Assembly: GCA_050084985.1 (NCBI GenBank)
Contig: JBITNC010000001.1
Location: 172,918,001 to 172,982,000 of the forward strand
From: Nageia nagi
Lineage: Eukaryota; Plantae; Pinophyta
Direction of reading: 5' to 3'
Length of the DNA: 64,000 bases
Shown here: piece by piece, positions 61,170 through 64,000 of the stretch
How positions within the stretch are numbered: position 1 is the first letter of the stretch
How the letters are laid out: the number at the start of each line of letters is the position of its first letter
Made by a program: the position numbers and the translations under genes
The notes under the pieces: generated by a model
The model's input: the letters and a program-made list of their open reading frames with translations, nothing else
Database searches by the model: none
Told to the model about the DNA's origin: nothing

Positions 61170-63800
61170 GATCCTTCATTCATTTATGCTTTGCAGGAAG
61201 AACTTTTTCTGATGGATGATATTATAAGGAATTGGGAAAACATATGATTCACCATTGTAAAGGGTATAGATAAGATTTAAGACCTTTTCAAAAATCTTAT
61301 AGGGTCCCTACCATAAAGAGTCAAATGTCTTATGTTTACCATTGTTGTTATGACCACTATCCCATAACCAAACCTTGTCACCGACTTTAAAATTTCTATC
61401 ATGAGCATATTGATCAATGTGTTTTTTCATTTTTATTTTATATTTTATTTTTTTTAGAGATTTTTATTTATTTTCTTCCATCTCAATTAACTCAAAATGT
61501 CTATTGGTGAATGGTTCCTCTTGTTGAATATTTTCCATTAGTTTGAGACTAGGAATTTCCAACTGAATCGATATAATGACTTCTCTACCATAGACAAGAT
61601 AGAACAAAGAGTATTTAATCTATTCTTTGGGAGTGATTTGATTTTCCCAAAGAGAAAAATTTAGTTTATTATGATAATTTCTTAGATTTAGATGAATGAT
61701 TCAGGTGATGATTCATCTCATATTCTTATTTGATGATTCAACAAGATCATTTCCTTGAGAATAATAATCTGACACTAGTTGAATTTGGACATTATATTCT
61801 AGAGAGTGACTGATTATTACAATACAATCAAATATTTAGCATTATTAGCTATAATGTTTATTGGAATACCAAATCTAAAATAGATATTTTTTTCAAGAAA
61901 ATTGATGATGACCGCGATCGTGGCTTGAAAAGTAGGTATGGCTTCTACTTATTTAGTGAAGTAATTAGTAGTTATGAGGATGAACATATGCTCTTTATTA
62001 GATAAGGGATTGATTGGCCCTACAAAATCAATTCCCCATTTTGTAAATGGCACATCAGCTATAATTGGTTTCAAAGGGGCTATTCTAAATTTCCCTCTTC
62101 CAGTAAACTTTTGACATTCTAAACAACTACAAACATATTCCTTGCAATCCTTAAACATGGTATCCCAATAGTATCTAGCTCTAATTATCTTGTATGATGT
62201 TGTGATAGGAGAAAAATATCCACCACAAAGTCCATCATGAAATTGTGTGAGGATTTTAAGAATCTGGTTATTTTCAACACATCTTAATAAAATGCCATCA
62301 AAATTTTTATGAAAAAGAACATTATCATGTAAATAATACTTTCTTGATTTAACTTTAAAATCTTGTTTCATGTTGAATGATATATGTTTTGGTCTCTATA
62401 CTATATTTAAATATCCTAAGATATTATCAAACCAATTTATGTTGTCTATCATGATAATTAATGCTTATGTCTAATGATCTTCCAAAGGAGAAATATTCAT
62501 AATAAACTCACATAATCCTTTTCCTCTAACCAATTTAACTAGCTTAAAAACTAAATCATGTTCCTAAATTTTGGCTATCCACAAACATATGATAACACCT
62601 AGTTCTATTTATGTTAGAATGGATTTTACCATTAAATTTGGTACAAAAATTGTGACCTATCATACAAAAGGACAAACTTTGAAATTCTTCACTATTTTGA
62701 CTACGAAAAATGCTTGTTTTTCTAGGAAAGGGTACTTTTCTTTTGCACTTTTTAGAGAATGGATCATGAAGGTGATTGTATTTTCCTCATCTTTTTCATT
62801 CATCTATGTTAATATTGAAGAAACAATATGATATGATGCATAAGTGTACATCTTGAAAGGTTTACTAAAATTAGACTATACCACAGTGGGTGCAATTATA
62901 TGAACCTCCTTAATGTTTTTAAAAGCCAATTTTCCTTTGTTAGACCATTTAAATTCCACATTTTATTTTAACATTTTACTCAATGGAAATATGATTTCTA
63001 TAAAATCTTGGATAAATCTTCTCAAAAAATTGACCTTTCTAAAGAAAGATTGTAAATATTTCTTGCTTGGTCGGAATGGAATTTTTTTGATAGCAATTAC
63101 TTGCTATGGATCAATACAAGTTCCTTGTTTAGAGATGATGTATCCCAAGAGCTTCCTTTTAGTTACTCCAAATATTTATTTCTTTGGATTTAATGATATC
63201 CCAAACTCTTTACATATCTCCAATACATGAATACTATGTTTCACTTAGTCTTTTCTATAATTTGAAAAGATTGTCATATCATCTAGATATATGAAAATAA
63301 TTTTATTTATCATATCTTTGAAAGCAAAGTCCATTAATCTTTCGAAAGTAGCTTCCACATTAGTTAACCTAAATGGCATCCTTTTGTATGCAAATGTGCC
63401 CCAAGGAGTAATGAATGCTATTTTAAAATGATCTTCTACAACCCAAATTTGATTATAACCTAAATAACTATCTAATAAAGAAAACATCTTTGAGCCATTG
63501 ATGGTTTGTAAAAGATGATTCATCATAGATAATTGGTAACTATATTTAATAAATGGTAAGTTGAGATTTTTAAATTCAATTCATATTTTGATGTCTCCAT
63601 TTTTCTTTCAAGTCAAAATGATATTTGCTACCTAGGAAGAATGTCTAATTGGATAAATAATATTAGCTGCCAACATTTTCTCAACTTCCTTTTTAATCAT
63701 TCCTTCAATTTTTGGGTTGAAATGATGAGGTTTTTGTATTAAAGGTTTAGAATTATCTTTCAAAGGAATAATGTCCCAATCCAAGTGAAGGGTTAGCTTT
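61170..63800 (-). pseudogene. pol relic: RT, RNase H, integrase
   Basis: FSLLDSYLGYNQI..TPWGTFAYKRMPFRLTN..IYLDDM (63245-63526); KLVRGKGLCE (~62510-62545); FHDGLCGGYF..YYWDTMFKDCKEYVCSCLECQKF..FTKWGIDFVGPINP..TNYFTK (61949-62371); FDSLW*GPY (~61300-61325). Confidence 0.93.
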
Positions 63801-64000
63801 TATCATAGTGTCTAATATATCTAAGGAATCTGCTTGAGAATTTTGATTTTGAGAAATAGAGGTTATATTGAAATAATCAAAAGTTTTAATCATGTCCCAT
63901 ATGAGATGTCTATATGATCATAAATTAGGATTTTTGGTCTAAAATTGATTTTTTTATCTATTTGATGATTAATTCTGCATCCTTAAAACATATCAAATTT

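Larger units (their letters stand above)
53944..64000 (-). mobile_element. Non-chromovirus Ty3/gypsy element (Athila/Tat-related, no aRH between RH and INT); extends beyond the window
   Basis: 3' LTR 53944-54994, PPT, long extra ORF, INT, RH and RT motifs, all on the minus strand. Confidence 0.88.

Noticed and set aside
79-63230. Most 60-150 aa ORFs in the supplied track as real genes
   Set aside because: They are antisense or off-frame shadows of decayed TE and PPR sequence or low-complexity AT-rich DNA. Only those with recognisable TE or PPR motifs were used.

Overview
AT-rich, CpG-depleted plant nuclear DNA with no intact protein-coding or RNA gene that I can support. The LINE, PPR and retroelement motifs and the extent of C>T/G>A decay suggest gymnosperm (conifer-like) heterochromatin; this taxon call is inference. 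From left to right: (1) the 3' end of a Tat-like Ty3/gypsy element (1-~1120); (2) a decayed L1-clade LINE (~1130-5050); (3) a mosaic of shuffled PLS/E-class PPR gene fragments; (4) inserted in that mosaic, a non-autonomous Ty1/copia-derived element (6225-22134, TSD TCATT) whose left end is an inverted copy of its own U5 end; (5) nested in the copia element, a pol-less, tRNA-Trp-primed Tat-like element (9088-17604) with gag and an antisense plant mobile domain (PMD) gene; (6) a CACTA transposase relic and a CACTA-like terminus (23310-25000); (7) a ~1.7-1.9 kb PPR-derived tandem repeat with 111-bp (37-codon) subrepeats; (8) a complete 22-kb Tat/Ogre-type element (31390-53559; gag-PROT-RT-RH-aRH-INT plus antisense PMD); (9) a third Ty3/gypsy element (53944 to beyond the window) with a long extra sense ORF. 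The most unusual observations are the double-U5-ended LTR insertion with a perfect TSD, the gag+PMD element with its own antisense promoter and dispersed 18-bp CpG palindromes, and the PPR-derived satellite. All identities were estimated by eye; no searches were run.
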